Part shown: piece by piece, positions 38,511-52,113 of the stretch
How the letters are laid out: each line of letters starts with the position of its first letter
Numbering within the stretch: the stretch's first letter is position 1
Assembly (NCBI RefSeq): GCF_018350175.1
Contig: NC_058373.1
Span: 105,960,001-106,024,000, forward strand
Length of the DNA: 64,000 nucleotides
Reading direction: 5' to 3'
Origin: Felis catus
Lineage: Eukaryota
Translations under genes and position numbers: made by a program
Notes under the pieces: model-generated
What the model was told of the DNA's origin: nothing
The model's input: the letters and a program-made list of their open reading frames with translations, nothing else
Databases searched by the model: none

Positions 38511-39299
38511 AAGAGTGTACCACATACTAAGTTTTATTCCATGTATGAGCATCCTTAAGCCTCTTATCCTGGGCTGTATTTGTGATGCCCTTTGATTTCT
38601 GATCCACAATAGAAGTATAATTGAAACAGAGCCAAATAAAAAGAAAAAAATAATAGAATCTCCCAACTTTTCTTCTAACCGGCCCTGTGACTATTTGAAG
38701 ACTTCAGGGAACCAGAAATTCTCCACTAATTGCCTCTTGGGATATGAAGAATTTAAGACCAAACAAAACATTTTTCTAAAGTTTGTCACATTGTCATCCC
38801 TGGGGCTTTAACACGTAGCCCTGGGAATATTCTTCCTCTTTGTTCATCAAGGTGGCATCTAGCATTACGTTGTAGTTTTTAGATTTGTTGGCTGACATAG
38901 AACAACTTATAAATGGGCCATTTTGGTGGACCTACAAATCAATATGATATTGACAATGAATCTGTCTGCATTTTTGGGCATGGGTTTCGTGTATACACAG
39001 AGCAAGCTGTAATTTTAAAGGCTAATGAGTTATTCAGGTGTATACTTAGAGTTTTAATGGGGTTATTGAGAAGCTTGCAAACTTCCTAGTTTCAGTAGAA
39101 TACTGTCTGGTGCACTTATAAGAAGAGTTCACTATCCAAGTATGAAACCATAGGTTCCAAAAACTTAGATGCACGTGGAAGTAATAGCCTCTATTTGTCG
39201 AGCGTCTTCCATGTGCCAAGCATTTGGCTAAGTTTTGACCAACTTTACAGTTTATACCACCAATTCTGGAAGGATTTCTATGCATTCACATATATAGGT

Positions 39300-39930
39300 G
39301 TGTGTGTATTGTTACAAACACAGGGTTGTTTTTAGTTTTAACATAAATGGTGATACATATGTTTTGCTATGCAACTTGATTCCTTTTTCTTCTTTTCCTC
39401 CTCTGAATATGTTAGATCTTTTTCATGTCAATATTCATGGACCTAGGACATTCTTTGAACCTGGGCATAGGATTCTGTAGCACTGGTTCTCAAACTGACC
39501 TGCACATTGGAATTACCCTTGGAGTTTGGAAAAATACTCATGCCTGGGCCCCCAATACCAGAGATTCTGATATAATTGGTATGGAGTAAATAAAGCTTAG
39601 GCATCAGAGTATGAAAACCAGTGTCTTACACCGCAAGGTCACAAACATTTATTAAAACATTCACCTATTGAAGGTCACTTAGACTGATTCTCTATTACCA
39701 ATAATGAATGGGTTTTCTATTACAGTGCTGTAGTGAACATCCTCGTTAATATATGTCTGTGCTCGTGTGTAAGTATATCTATAGGTTAATTCCTATATAT
39801 GGAATCTAAGAATCCTTAGATGTGGATCAAAGGGCCAGTACATTAAAAACAACAATAGATATTGCCATTTTGCACTCCACTGAGGCAATACAATTGACTT
39901 TCCCATGCATAGATTATTAGATTGCCCACT
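39300..39930 (-). mobile_element. Very old L1 (L1ME-like) 3' fragment
   Basis: ataaatggtgatacatatgttttgctatgcaacttg..., cagtgctgtagtgaacatcctc, ggatcaaaggg. Confidence 0.6.
39481..39615. mobile_element. MER5A-like hAT MITE
   Basis: cactggttctcaaact...cacattggaattacc...atgcctgggcccc...agagattctgatataattggt. Confidence 0.8.
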
Positions 39931-42900
39931 GTGGGGCTGAAGTTCTCCCCAACCTCACCCCCCGTTAAGGAAAAAAAATTGTTCTGATTTTGAATGGTTG
40001 TATATCTAAGTGCTCATGGAGTTTCCTAACACGAAGGGAGACTGGGGAAATCCCACGTCAAAGTTTTATTTCTCTTGGTCCTTTTAGCGCTTTTTCTTTT
40101 GGAAATTAGTTTTAGAGGCTGACGTGACAAGGCAATGCCTTCACTTCTCATTTATTAGAGGGTATGTGTGTCTCTCATGAAGGGCCGGGGAAGTTCTGAT
40201 TGAAGAGCAACACCTACCAGAGCCACACAACATCCCATACTGGTGGGGGCCAGAAGGCCTCTTTACTGCCTTATTTCTACACCTGAACTCGCATTCAATT
40301 GAAACTTTACCGGCATCTTTTCATAAGCCTCTCTTGAAGGTTTATTATGTAAAATTTGTAGTTAGAATTTTATGAAGGGCAGGGTCCTTCTTTCCAAGGG
40401 AGTTCCAGTTTTCATAATGTGACTCCATCATCTGTCCTTATAGTTTCTGGGTGGCTTCTCCCTGCCTTGTCATGCGCAGGACTCATTAGTAACAGCCTGA
40501 GCATAGGTGTGGTGCTGGCCTTGCCCAAAATGAACCCCTCTGAGCAGCAGGTGTTGTAGAGAGGCTCAGGATCTAGTCAACAACTCACCACACTGTAATT
40601 TTAAACCCAGGAATCACCATGGACTTAGCTTTCTATAAACATTTTTTACATTTGTAATGGCAAATGGTGGCTGTGTCCACACAGGTTCAGAATGACCTCT
40701 CTGAGGCAAAAGTGTGAAAGCCTGTGGCCGTGGCTGCTGACAGTCACGTTGTCCAGTTTGGCGACCAATTCAGTGATTTCCCTGGATAGACGAGATGCCT
40801 TCAGAGGTACAAAGTAGAATAATAAGTAGGTGAGGTCAGTGCCTGAGTAAAATGTGAAGGGGAATCAGGTCAGTATTACCCATGTCAGCGTCCTTGCAGT
40901 GACTCAGTTGGGTGTGCGATGTAGTCGTTCTTGTATAAGTGGCTGGGTTGAAATACCAAATCTGTTGAATGCTTCAAAATATACAAGAAAGCTAAGACTT
41001 TTCAAAGTGCCTTTTCCCACACGGCCCCTAAAACTCTCAGAGAATTTCCCACAATTTGCAGATAAGCTGACTAACCTGCAGAGCCCTTGATTTAGTGATG
41101 ACAACTGCCCTGTAGAGATTAAACCAGCCTCGTTCCAGGAATTTGTTCTGCTGATACACACAGGAATGTCAGAGAAAGGAATCTGGTTAGCACATTTCTA
41201 CCAAACAGTAGTTAACAAATACAAATCCTCCTTCCAACTCTCTAAGGTAGTTCTCCGTTCCCTTTGTAACGTCCACTTAAAAGCCATCACACTTTTAGAG
41301 AGGACGTAGGGTCTTGAAGCCTTTCCTCCGGTTCCTCCAGGAAAGAAGTGGGTGAGCTGCTCTTTGAACCTGGGTCAGGTCTCCACGGCTGCCTATGTCA
41401 TGTTGTGTCTGTTCATTAGTTTTTCCCTCACTGAAAAGCACAGACATTTTCCATGAGAAGGATGGGGTTTCTTAATAGTTCCCAGAGAATGAGGCTAAGC
41501 TTAACCAAGAAAGTTTGTTCTACATGGTGTTTCATTTTCTCTTGCTGCAATTGTATGAATCTTGGCATGAAAGTAGTCAGAAGAACATGAACAGAAGAAG
41601 GTAATTAGTGAAGTTTAAATTTTCTTTCAGTAAACACGAACATATAAAGCCCTCCAGGCAAGGTTTTATTTCTTTATTTTCAGTCCAGGGAACTGTAGTT
41701 TCCCTAGGATGCCAGTGGACATTATTCTCCATAAAGGCCTGCACACAAGTGGAAGTTGTACCTACTTGGCAATAAAACGCCTTGATGAGAAAATGTCGTT
41801 GTAGTATTTGGGAGGAGTAAGGTCGAGCAGCATCTGGTTTGGGGGCTGGGAGGGTTAGTAGCAGTACTCACTTTTCAAGGGACCATGTCTTATGGCCTCA
41901 CTGGGAAGAGGGACTAGATACTACTTTGAGGATGGCATTGCGCGTCCTCGGCCCAGAGTACCTCTGGTTTATCTTCTCTAAGCCGTATTAGACTTTACTC
42001 CTAGATCTGGAAAGCACAGTTTTTCAAACTAAGTGTATATCTATTCAACCTCTTCTCTCTCAGGCTTTGCCAGAATTATTTCAGTTGTGAGAAGGTTCCA
42101 ACAAAATGAGTAGTAATCTACTTATTTTTAGGCAGTGTCTTTTAATGTCACTTAAATATTCTGTGTGGATCGCCCCAACGTGTTGGCTACTTGCTTGGAA
42201 AGGTCTGAAACCTGACACCCCTGAAGTGTGATCATCGTGGTGGGGAGGCATTTCAAGAGGCACCACATCTGCCTGCAGGGGTGAAGACTCTGACTTCAGG
42301 GGTTACTCAAGCAGGGTCAGCAGAGGACTGGAGCCACAGGGTACAGGCAGCTGTTGGTGCCCTGCAGGGTACTCGCGTTCTCCTCTGGTGACTGTGATGT
42401 CGTAGTCTCCTATTCTTCCTGAAAGAGCTGCTAGGTGATTCAGGAAAGTTGCTGGTTTTACATGTTTGTTAAAGAACAAAACTTGGCCTCTTGGAAGAGT
42501 GAGAGCTTTGATGTGACAGAACTGGCCATTGAGTTGTAACTTCCTATGTTTGTGTAACCTCTCATTGAAATTTGTCCTTGCACATCTAAGTGGATCCCTT
42601 AGAGGCAGTGAAGATGGAAACCTAAAGGGAGAAAACGATTTGCATTTCTTTCGGCTTCAGCTTAAATCTGTTTATTGACTTAACCCACAGACTAGCAACA
42701 GGTCGGCAGACCCAAGGGCACAGGCTGTCTGGCAAGGCTGTGCTTTCTTTGGTGGGGACTCCAATGACACTTTTGGTTTGGCTCTTCTCCCAGATGATCG
42801 AGACGAGATGTCCTGGCTTCCAGACTGGTTTCTGTCACGTGAACAGCACAAACTCCTAACTCGAGAACCGTGTTGTATTGGCTTTAGGGATTTATGTCCC

Positions 42901-45521
42901 AAACCTGTGGTTAAAGTACTGAGTCATGACAGAAGAGTCATTGCCAGCTTTTTAGGGTGAGACCTGGAGGTCCCCCTCCTTTGCTCTTTACATGAAGAGC
43001 AGGTGTTTTCTGGCAGGAGTCTATGACTTGGGCTTGGAAGAAAGAATTATGTGCTGGTTGAGGCTTGGTCTGGCTTGAGGGTGTGCATGGACTTCGCTTG
43101 GGTTCCTTTCTTATTATCTAGGGAGGAAGAGGGGAAGGAATGGGACAGGTTCTGGCTTCCACTTTGCACCCCCTCCCCCCACTGATGCAGAGAGGGCACA
43201 CAGGAGGGAGTGTGTTTTGTGTGTACTGCCCTGTTTTAGGGTGCCTGGTGCCTATATTGTTTTCCTCTTGCATCAGGAAAGTCAGTGAGCTGAAGGGACT
43301 GACTACAGGGTGAATTTCCAAGACCCACTTCCAGAAGCGCCCCGTTCGAACATCCTTTTGGGACCTGAGTGTGTGGGAAGGGCTGGCCCTCCTCTGGACA
43401 CACTGAGAAACGCCCTTTCCGTTTCCTGGTGGAGAGGATGTTGAAACTTGCGGGGAAAACACATCGCCTTTCAAACGTTTCTCCTGCAACCTTTAGACTG
43501 TATCCCATGATTTTTTTAAAGCTCCAAATAGTACTTGGCATCTGGTGTGCTTGGGAAATGAAACCAGACATGAGGAATGCGAGAGGGGAGAGAGATGGCC
43601 AAGGAAAGAAGCGAAGCAGTTTTTTCTTTTCACATTCTTCTTGATAAGAGAATTTGGGTTAACATTATCGTGCTGTTGAAACCAAAACTGCATGTCAGGG
43701 CCCATTGGAAAATTGCAAAATGTGGGGTAAACTGCATCTCTGAAAATAAGAGGTATGGCACCAAAATGGAGGGTTCCCCGGCCATTCTCTTTAAAGTTGC
43801 TCTTACGGTATAATTTTTTTTTTTTTTTTTTTTTTTTTTGCTTGTCCCTCTTTTTAAGTCTGTGACATTGTTTCAGAAATTCCGGACACCATTTACAATG
43901 AAGGAACAATGCCAGTATTTTAGTACTGAAATTATAATTGGAGAATTAAACGCGAAATACTGTCTTGATTAAAAAAATAGATGTGGGTTACGATATCGAT
44001 GTGAGTACATGCAGGAGCTCTCAACTGTCTGATCACGTTGGTGGCTGGCAGGAAATCATGGTCTCTCCTTGTCTCTCTTCCTCCAGCATCTAAGTTGCTT
44101 CCCCCGTGACCACTTTGGTTAGAGGACAACCGTGGTTACTTAGCCAGTGAGCGTATCCTTCGGTCTGGACAGCCATCTTACCAACGTGTGGCAAAAGTCC
44201 CTGATGAAGCAATCCGAAAGATGTATGCATGGGTGCAAATCTGTTTTGTCAACACTGCTTTCAAGTTTCCCCTATTTATTCGGTACAGATATTGACCTGC
44301 TTTGTGGAAAACAATGCTTACGTATCACATATGTGTTGTGACCTGGCATTATCAAAGGAGAGTGTTAGGGAGGGTCTTCTTGTGGACTGTAAGTTCTCCA
44401 ATGTTTTAGATCATCCTGATCATCATCATCTATATTCCCCAAAATTTGGCCCTCATTTGTTGACTGTTACCATGTTGAGAGTCTTGTTTGTTTTGTTAAA
44501 GAGCAGTACAAATGACTCTGACTTCGAGCTAGGCCACAGATGGATTAAATTTCTTATTCTTTGCTAAGCAGAATGCACCTGCTCCAGAATCTTAAGTAGC
44601 TTTTTAATTGCTTCCTTGTGCGTGGCATAGCAATAGTCATCTGTAATGTTATAGATGGATTGCATTTTGGATGTCGCAGAAGTGACTTCTTCCCCTCTGC
44701 AACGATGCCAGAAGCTGAGATTAGAAGATGTGTTCTGGTTGAGGGCCCAGCTGTCATGGTGGAATTAGTCCTTTCCCTCGGGCTGATCTGATTAAAAAGG
44801 GGCCAAGATGTGGAAACACAGGTCCCAGATTTCAGTAACTCTGTATTCCCTCTTCACTGGACAGAGTTAGCAGCTTCGCCGCTCCCTAAATGTCCCCACT
44901 AGTCTGTGATCTCCCTGAGTCTGTGGACTTTCTTCATCTGTGTCTACAGCACCTAATGCTGTGTCTGGCTTCTTGAGGTTCAGCTATGATAGGTGAAGAA
45001 GTGAATACTTTCTCGGGCGAGGTGTTCATTGGATATAAGGAATGGGGAAAAGTCTAAAAGATTCTCAGTGGGTCTGTTTCCCATGGATCTTACTTTTGAG
45101 GCTGGGTGGAAAAAACAAGCATGAGCTAATTCAGCCAGAAAGAAGCTCCTTGCTTGAGGGAAGCTGCAAATACCCAGAGGATGAAGTCTGTTTGTGAGGC
45201 TACTGTCAGCATCAGAAAGCTTGACAAGTGGCTAAGGAGCACTTGGTGATCTGGTTGACTTTAAATGTCTTGGCATTTGTGAAAAAGAGATCTGCAGGCA
45301 ACTGTGGGAAGAACACCCAGTCACACAATCCTGAAGTTCAGAAACAAGCCATCTGTTCACTTAGGCATTTATGCTTTTGCATTCAACAAACATGTATTGA
45401 GAATATACCATGTGCCAGAGACTGAATGAAGCATAGTCCCTGTCTTCAAGATCTCATAGTCTGGTGGGGGAAACAGACGTGAATTAAAAAAAAAAAAAAT
45501 CCAGACAACCAAAAAACACTC

Positions 45522-45526
<5 letters not shown>

Positions 45527-45595
<69 letters not shown>
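45527..45595. repeat. (TA)n(CA)n microsatellite
   Basis: Directly visible. Confidence 0.95.
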
Positions 45596-45597
<2 letters not shown>

Positions 45598-45949
45598 TGC
45601 TTGGGATGTGGAAAGAAACGTGCGACCATCTCTGGAAAACTTAAGGCCCATTAAAACATTGAGTGGGTTTTGAATGGTCAGTGGAAGACACTTAGGTTCA
45701 TAAGGAAAAGAGCACCTTAGGCTGAGAGAACTGTGGATGTGTGGGCTCAGAAGTGACTCCTGTGAAGGTCTGATTACTTCGTGCACGTGGGGGGGGGGGG
45801 CACATGGATGGACAGTGCTCATGGTACTGGGAGACAAGGATAGACAATAAGTAGCCAAGGACTAGACCACGGAGGGTCTTATGGTCCTGGCCGGAAGCTG
45901 TACTGTATCCAGGAGACACGACAGAAGTCGTGATTGAGTGACACAATCA

Positions 45950-46640
45950 CATTTATGATGTTCCCAGAATAAACCCCAGACTTCTCACTCTGGTGTACGA
46001 GTCCCTGGAGTCTGGGCCTCTCCCCTCTCCAGCTTCTTCTCTCTTAACACTGTCATTACTCACTATGCCCCAGCCATACTTGTCTTCTTCCCTGATCCAG
46101 ATGTGCCAAGTTGCCCACCTGGTCTGGGCTTCTGCACATACTCCTCCCACCTGGAATCATCTGCCTCCAGCACTTTGCAGGACTGATCCCATTCATCCAT
46201 TAGGTCTCAGCTTAAATGCCCTCTCTCTGGAGAGGTTGTCCCCGATCACACTATTGAAAGTCGCTGCCTCCACCACCACCATCACCACCATTTTCTTTCA
46301 CTTGCTTCTTGCATCCCCTGTAACCCTAACCAAAATTAATAAAGTTTACTTGATTTTTTTTTTCATGCCTTTTCCAAAACATCTTTTCTAAAACTCCCTG
46401 AAGGGCACATCATCTCATTTTCATCCCTGTTTCCTCAGTGCCTAGAACAGTGCTTGGCACATAATTAGCTTGCAATAAATCCCCCCCCCGCCGCAGGGTT
46501 TTTTTTTTTTTAAGTAAACACCCAACGTGGGGCTCGAATTTATGACCGCGAGATCAAGAGTCATGTGCTCTTCCAAATGAGCCAGCCAGACACCTCAGTA
46601 CTCAACAGAATTTTGACTTAATGAATTAAATGATGAATAC
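45950..46640. mobile_element. L2 fragment with a nested short CAN-SINE (~46499-46596, minus)
   Basis: gcttctgcacatactcctcccacctggaat..., ggtctcagcttaaatg, cagtgcctagaacagtgcttggcacata. Confidence 0.7.
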
Positions 46641-46675
46641 GATGAACTAGGGCAGCTGTTGGTGACCTTCAACCC

Positions 46676-46985
46676 CTGGGCCTCCATGCACACACCACCT
46701 ATTTTTGTATGGCCCATGAGCTCAGAATAGTTTTCACATTTTTAAATAATAAAACAAATTTTGAAAGAGAATATTCTGTGACATGACAAAGTTCTGTGAA
46801 GTTCAGATTTCCGTGTCCACGGTGAAGTTGTATTGGCATATAGGCATGCCCATTTTTTACAGATGTCTGTGGCTGCTTTCAGAATAAAATGGCAGGGTTG
46901 ACTAGTTGTGATAGAGGCTTAAGAGCCCACAAAGCTAAAAATATTTACTATCTGGTCCTTTACAGAAAAGGTTTGTCAGCCCCTA
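46676..46985. mobile_element. MER58B-like hAT MITE
   Basis: tttttgtatggcccatgagct..., gcccacaaagctaaaaatatttactatctggtcctttacagaaaaggtttg. Confidence 0.8.
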
Positions 46986-47524
46986 AACTGGAGAACCACA
47001 GGTTAAGGAGAAGAGTTACGGAACTGTTGTAATTATACAGATGAGAGATAAGGGGAGGCTGAACTAAGGTCATGGCCTTGAGGTTGGAGAGGGTGGGGAT
47101 TGGATTCCCATTGGATTAAGCACTCAGGTTCCCTGACCTATGCCAAGCTTCCCTGCCCCACTCCGAACCAGTTAGGCTTCTTCCAGTCAACATCCCTTTA
47201 CGTTCTGCAGCAAAGCAAGTCCCTCCCCAACTTCTCTCTTCCTAACTTCCCCACTCCCTCCCAAGTCTCCCTTTCAGTCTGATATGTGAAATGAGGATGA
47301 TAAAATGAAGTGTTGGGTGTGGATGTGCTTCGTAAAATTACATACACAGCTGTTGGGATTGCTCGTTAGCGAAGTGCCAGGGCGGTTAAGGAGGGCTGAC
47401 CAGAAGTGTCTACTGCCACTGAGGGGTCATAGGATGATTACTTATGCTTCCACTTTGGTCTATATCTAGGAATCTAGTCTCTTAACAGTGAGTTCCAAGT
47501 ATGTGTATTAAAAATGGCAGCCTG

Positions 47525-47726
47525 GGGGCACCTGGTGGCTCAGTTGATTAAGCCGCTGACTTTGGCTTAGGTCATGATCTCATGGTTTCAGAGTTTGAGC
47601 CCCGCTATGCTGACAGCTCAGGGCCTGGAGCCTGCTTCGGATTCTGTGTCTCCCTCTCTCTCTGCCCCTCTCCTGCTCACACTCTGTCTTTCTCTCTCTC
47701 TCTCTCAAAAATAAATAAACAGAGAA
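47525..47726 (+). mobile_element. CAN-SINE (SINEC)
   Basis: TSD aaaaatggcagcctg (47510-47524 / 47727-47741). Confidence 0.95.
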
Positions 47727-50692
47727 AAAAATGGCAGCCTGTTGGAAGTCTCAAAGCTTTGCCATCATCTACAGTTTAAGGATGGGTTTAATGGAAGACC
47801 TTGTATTTGGTGTCACACACAGGAGCCAGCATAAAAACTTGGCTTTTGGGCGTTCGTGAGGCTTTTAAACACAAATCACCTGTCAAAGGCAATATTTTGG
47901 TCCTTATTAAAATGATTTCAATTAGGTTCTTAAACGTAATAGACTCTGTATCTTATCACCCATCTTAGAATCTAGCCAAGACCCTCATTTTGTGTTTGTT
48001 TATAGAACTGCTGGCTTAAAGAAAAAAAGACTTAAATGCTTTGGGCTGATTTTTAGATCTCTGTGTTTCTTGTGCACACCCTCCCCCCCCCCCTCAATAC
48101 AGCCAGAATGTAATAAAACTTGGGTTTAAGTGAAACAACCTATAAAGTACAAAAGTAAAGTTGCTCTCTATTCGTTTCCCAAATACTTGGGTCGTGCTCC
48201 TATGTGTGTGAGGCACTAAGTGACACAAGCTGTGGGCACTTTTTCTCATGGAGTTGACTCTTCGATAGGGGAAGTAAGACTCAGACCACAAATCCACAAA
48301 TTACTGTAAGTGTTGGCTCTGCCTCATAAGGGTCACAACATGCTAAGAGGGCCCAGACCACATTCAATGGGATAGGTTAGCAAGACTGCCTGGAAATAAA
48401 CTTGAAAGCTAAGCATGGACCATATGACCTTCCATGAGCTGGGTCTTGCCCGTTTTTTGTTTTTTTGTTTTTGTTTTCTCCCGTTTTAGAGTAGCGTGAA
48501 TGCTGCCTCCTTACCCCCATACGGAGGTGCTTAGTCATGCAGACCTTGACACTAATCCCTGAACGGTCTCTTCAGTATACTTACTGACAGTTGAGTGACA
48601 GGGTGTGCAGGACTCTGGCCTGGCTGCCAAGGGGGACACGGCTGGGTCCTGAGGACATACGTCGGAGACAGACATTCACAGTTGTCTTTTAGTGAACTAA
48701 GTCTGAACTCCCATCTCCTCGTGTACATCAGTGGTATTTCTCCTTCCCCATGCTGGTTAACAAAGAATACAAGAATTGCACTCTTAGAGAAATTCTTCTA
48801 GCATTTTGCCATTGCTGAAATAGTTGTACTCTATTTTACAAAAATACATTGCTAACAGATTGGAGGGAAGCAACTCATCCTTCGCCTCAGATAGTTTGGG
48901 ACACTGGTGTATAGATCACCATAACTTGGATATTTTTGATAAGAACATTTTTGCATACACATTCCCCTCCTTCCATCTGTCATATAAACAAATGATCATA
49001 CAGTTGTTGTTTTTTTTTTTTTTTTTAAATCTCATTTTCATTTGATTGTGAAAGTAGTATGTCTTCATTGTGACAACAACTTGGGAAAGTACAAAGAAAT
49101 TTTTTGGTGTTTTTGACACAAGCTTACTGTTGGCTCACATTGTGCTGTTTCTCTTATCCTTTTTTCCTTTTATCTTTGTCAACACGCTCCCATCCTGACA
49201 GCTCATATATGTACACTTGTTCGTACATAAATGGGACACTGGATACTATTCTTTATTTTACATATAAAATGCGCATGTCATTAAATATGCTTTTAGAGAG
49301 GACTGCTTGGTCATCTGTCATCTAGTTATACCATGATTAACCTTTTCATATAGTCTCCTACAACTAGAACTTATTTTATGCCTTTGTTTATTGGTTATTA
49401 GGTAACGCTTTGAAAATTGTTGTGACCACATTTTTGATAGTATCTTGGAATATTCCATTGGGATATATTTCTAGGAGTAGAAATACTTCAAGTCAAAAGT
49501 ATGAGTGAAAGGCGTCGGTAAACTGCCCTTCAGGAACGTGGAAACAAATTTCAGTTTTCACCAGCCGTGGATGGGCTCACCGTGCTAAGTACTGTCAGTG
49601 TGGGTGCTGGCAGGATGGGAGCGTGTTGACAAAGATAAAGGCAGAAGGAATGAGCAGACCACTGGGATGGAAGAAGAGAGGAGCGTGGGATGTGAATGGG
49701 GCGTGGAAAATGGTCTGTTGGCTAAAGTGAAAGATACTTTCAAGGAAATAGGAAAGACAGAGAAGTTGAGTTGGATCTGATTTGATGGAGCACTGAAAGC
49801 CAGTTTAGATCGGTATCGGAGAGACTTCAGTGGGTTTCGATCAGGAAGATGAGAGCCCCAGGGTTTTGCTGTGGGAAGGCTGTGTTATGTAACACAAGCT
49901 GTGCCACACCACTACTCATTCCCTATGTACTCCATGCCCCTTCCCACCCCATGCCTTTGCTTGCACTGTTCCTTCTGCCAAAATGCCCTGCTTTCCATAA
50001 TCTATTGATTATGGAAATCATCCATCAGGGACCATACCCACATTCTCCCCTATGTACTTCCTGCTCGATTACGTAGCATCCACTGGTATAATATACCATA
50101 TTGCCTTTTTATAACTGTTTGGTGTACTACTCTCTCCCACCAGATTATAATCTCCTAGTGACCCATTTCCTTTATGTATCCTTCAGTGCTTATAGTGCCT
50201 GGTATATAAGAGGTATTAACACACATCTGCCAAAGGAATCCCAGGCACTGCACATGTCTCCTATGACATTGAACAAGTACACTTTAGGCCAGGAGGTATA
50301 TGCTTCAACAGTTTGGGATATTGGATGTCTCGGCCAAGTTGTTATTCCAGAGCCAGTTGGAGTATCACATAGGGCTACATGAGGGACAACCTGCTCTTAA
50401 CATTTACCTTCCCTTCCCATTCTAAAGACTTCTAGTCACTGGCTTTTGGAGACCACCATCCCTTAAGTGAGCGAGATCTTGACTCAAGAAGTGTTTGTAA
50501 ATCATAGTTATTTATGAAAACTTCTGGAGCTTGTAATGTTGTATGAGATTGGTTTTTTAAAAGCCAGTATGGCATCGTGTTGTACGTATCATTCTTTGAT
50601 TTGCTTTTTTCAATTGACAGTGTAACTTTGGATTTTCCCAAGGCAATACATATAATTACAAAAAACTATATAATAATTCAAAATGTGTTTTT

Positions 50693-50906
50693 TAAAAATT
50701 TCTTTTAATGTTTATTTATTTTGAGAGAGAAAGAGAGCACGAGCAGGGGAGGGGCAGAGAGAGAGGGAGATGCAGAATCCAAAGCAGGCTCCAGTCTGTG
50801 AGCTCTCAACATGGAGCCTAACATGGGGCTCGAACTCAGGAATCACAACGTGAGGTTATGACCAGCCACAGTTGGACACTTAACTGACTGAGCCACCAGG
50901 TGCCCC
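50693..50906 (-). mobile_element. CAN-SINE (SINEC)
   Basis: Antisense SINEC; TSD aaaatgtgttttt. Confidence 0.94.
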
Positions 50907-50942
50907 TAAAAATGTGTTTTTATGGTAAAAATTCAAATTCAA

Positions 50943-51132
50943 GGGGCACCTGGGTGGCTCAGTCGATTAAGCGTCTGACTTCGGCTCAGGTCATGATCTC
51001 ACAGATCATGGGTTCAAGCCCCGTGTCAGGCTCTGTGCTGACAGTTCAGAGCCTGAAGCTTGCTTTGGATTCTGTGTCTCCCTCTCTCTCTGCCCCTCCC
51101 CTGCTTGCACTGTCTCAAAAATAAACATTAAA
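50943..51132 (+). mobile_element. CAN-SINE (SINEC)
   Basis: TSD aaaaattcaaattcaa (50927-50942 / 51133-51148). Confidence 0.95.
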
Positions 51133-52083
51133 AAAAATTCAAATTCAAAAGGGTACCAAATGAAAAAGAATAGTTCTCCAATCCCCTGTTTTTATTTTAG
51201 AGGTTAGTGCTATTTGCCCTTTCTTACATATATGCATAAAAACATATATGCATTCTTTAAAACATGTAATCCTGTAATACGTACAGTATATCATAAAGTA
51301 TCTTGAACATGTTTTCATATCTACATATACAGATGCCATGTTGTTTTTAAATGAGTGCATAGTATTCTGTTATGTGAATATACTATGACTATCTCTGTAT
51401 TGGTGAACTCCTTTGATCTTTTCTGTTTGGATAGCTCATGTGAAATCACTCTTCGTTTGTTATGAATTTAAATTATTCAACATGATAAACATGAACTGAG
51501 TGCCTCCTTCCTTCCTGGCACTGTGCAGGGCACTAGGGCCAACAAGGTGTTTGATGGTCAGTCCCTTCCCCTGACTTGAAGTTATTGGCTGTCTAACAGG
51601 ACAATACTCTCTTAACGAACCTAGAATATGATATGAGCTGGAATGGGTAGATATGCCTTAGCATACATATTAATTCTCCTTTGGGAAGGTGAAAAAGAGG
51701 ACGTTCGTATCAAACTTTAAAGGATAAGAGATCCTGGATTCCTAAGGGGTGAGGAAGAGAAGGTCATTCTTTCAGGGGATGTTAAAGAACAAGATGGGTT
51801 GGCAAGAAAGAGCATGTGATAGGCAAAGAGTGGTCAGTAGCCCAGTGCGACTGGGTCATGTGCCGTGGTGTGGAGGGGGAGAATTGTACTGTTGGCTCAG
51901 CAGTTGGTCACAGGAAACATTCAACAAGTGAATAGAAGGATGTGCTCTTTGTGTAACTGAACTCCAAACCATCTTGGGGTTGTCCTCTTTATGCCCTGCA
52001 GGCTATCAACTGCCTCCAGGGCAGAGGGTCTTTCTTGAATTGGTCTGGCTTTAAAAAAAAAAATCTTTTATCCATTTTTGCAC

Positions 52084-52113
52084 CTTTAACCATGTCATGT
52101 CTTGTTTTTGCAG
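52084..52113 (+). promoter_or_regulatory. Branch point, polypyrimidine tract and 3' splice site of the intron preceding the coding exon
   Basis: ctttaac...catgtcttgtttttgcag immediately upstream of the exon. Confidence 0.85.

Larger units (their letters stand above)
1..52113 (+). other. DAAM1: DAAM1 upstream (5'UTR) intron; promoter and first exon presumably lie upstream of the window
   Basis: The coding exon begins with a splice acceptor. No CpG island or promoter is visible in 1-52113, and all L1s are antisense, as typical inside a + strand transcription unit. Confidence 0.75.

Noticed and set aside
43118..44757. Cluster of overlapping 60-138 aa ORFs
   Set aside because: No recognisable homology, conflicting strands and no consistent splice structure; compatible with chance.
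51980..52001. Alternative acceptor ttgtcctctttatgccctgCAG 112 nt upstream of the main acceptor
   Set aside because: The motif is plausible, but there is no support beyond sequence, and the 52113 acceptor fits better.
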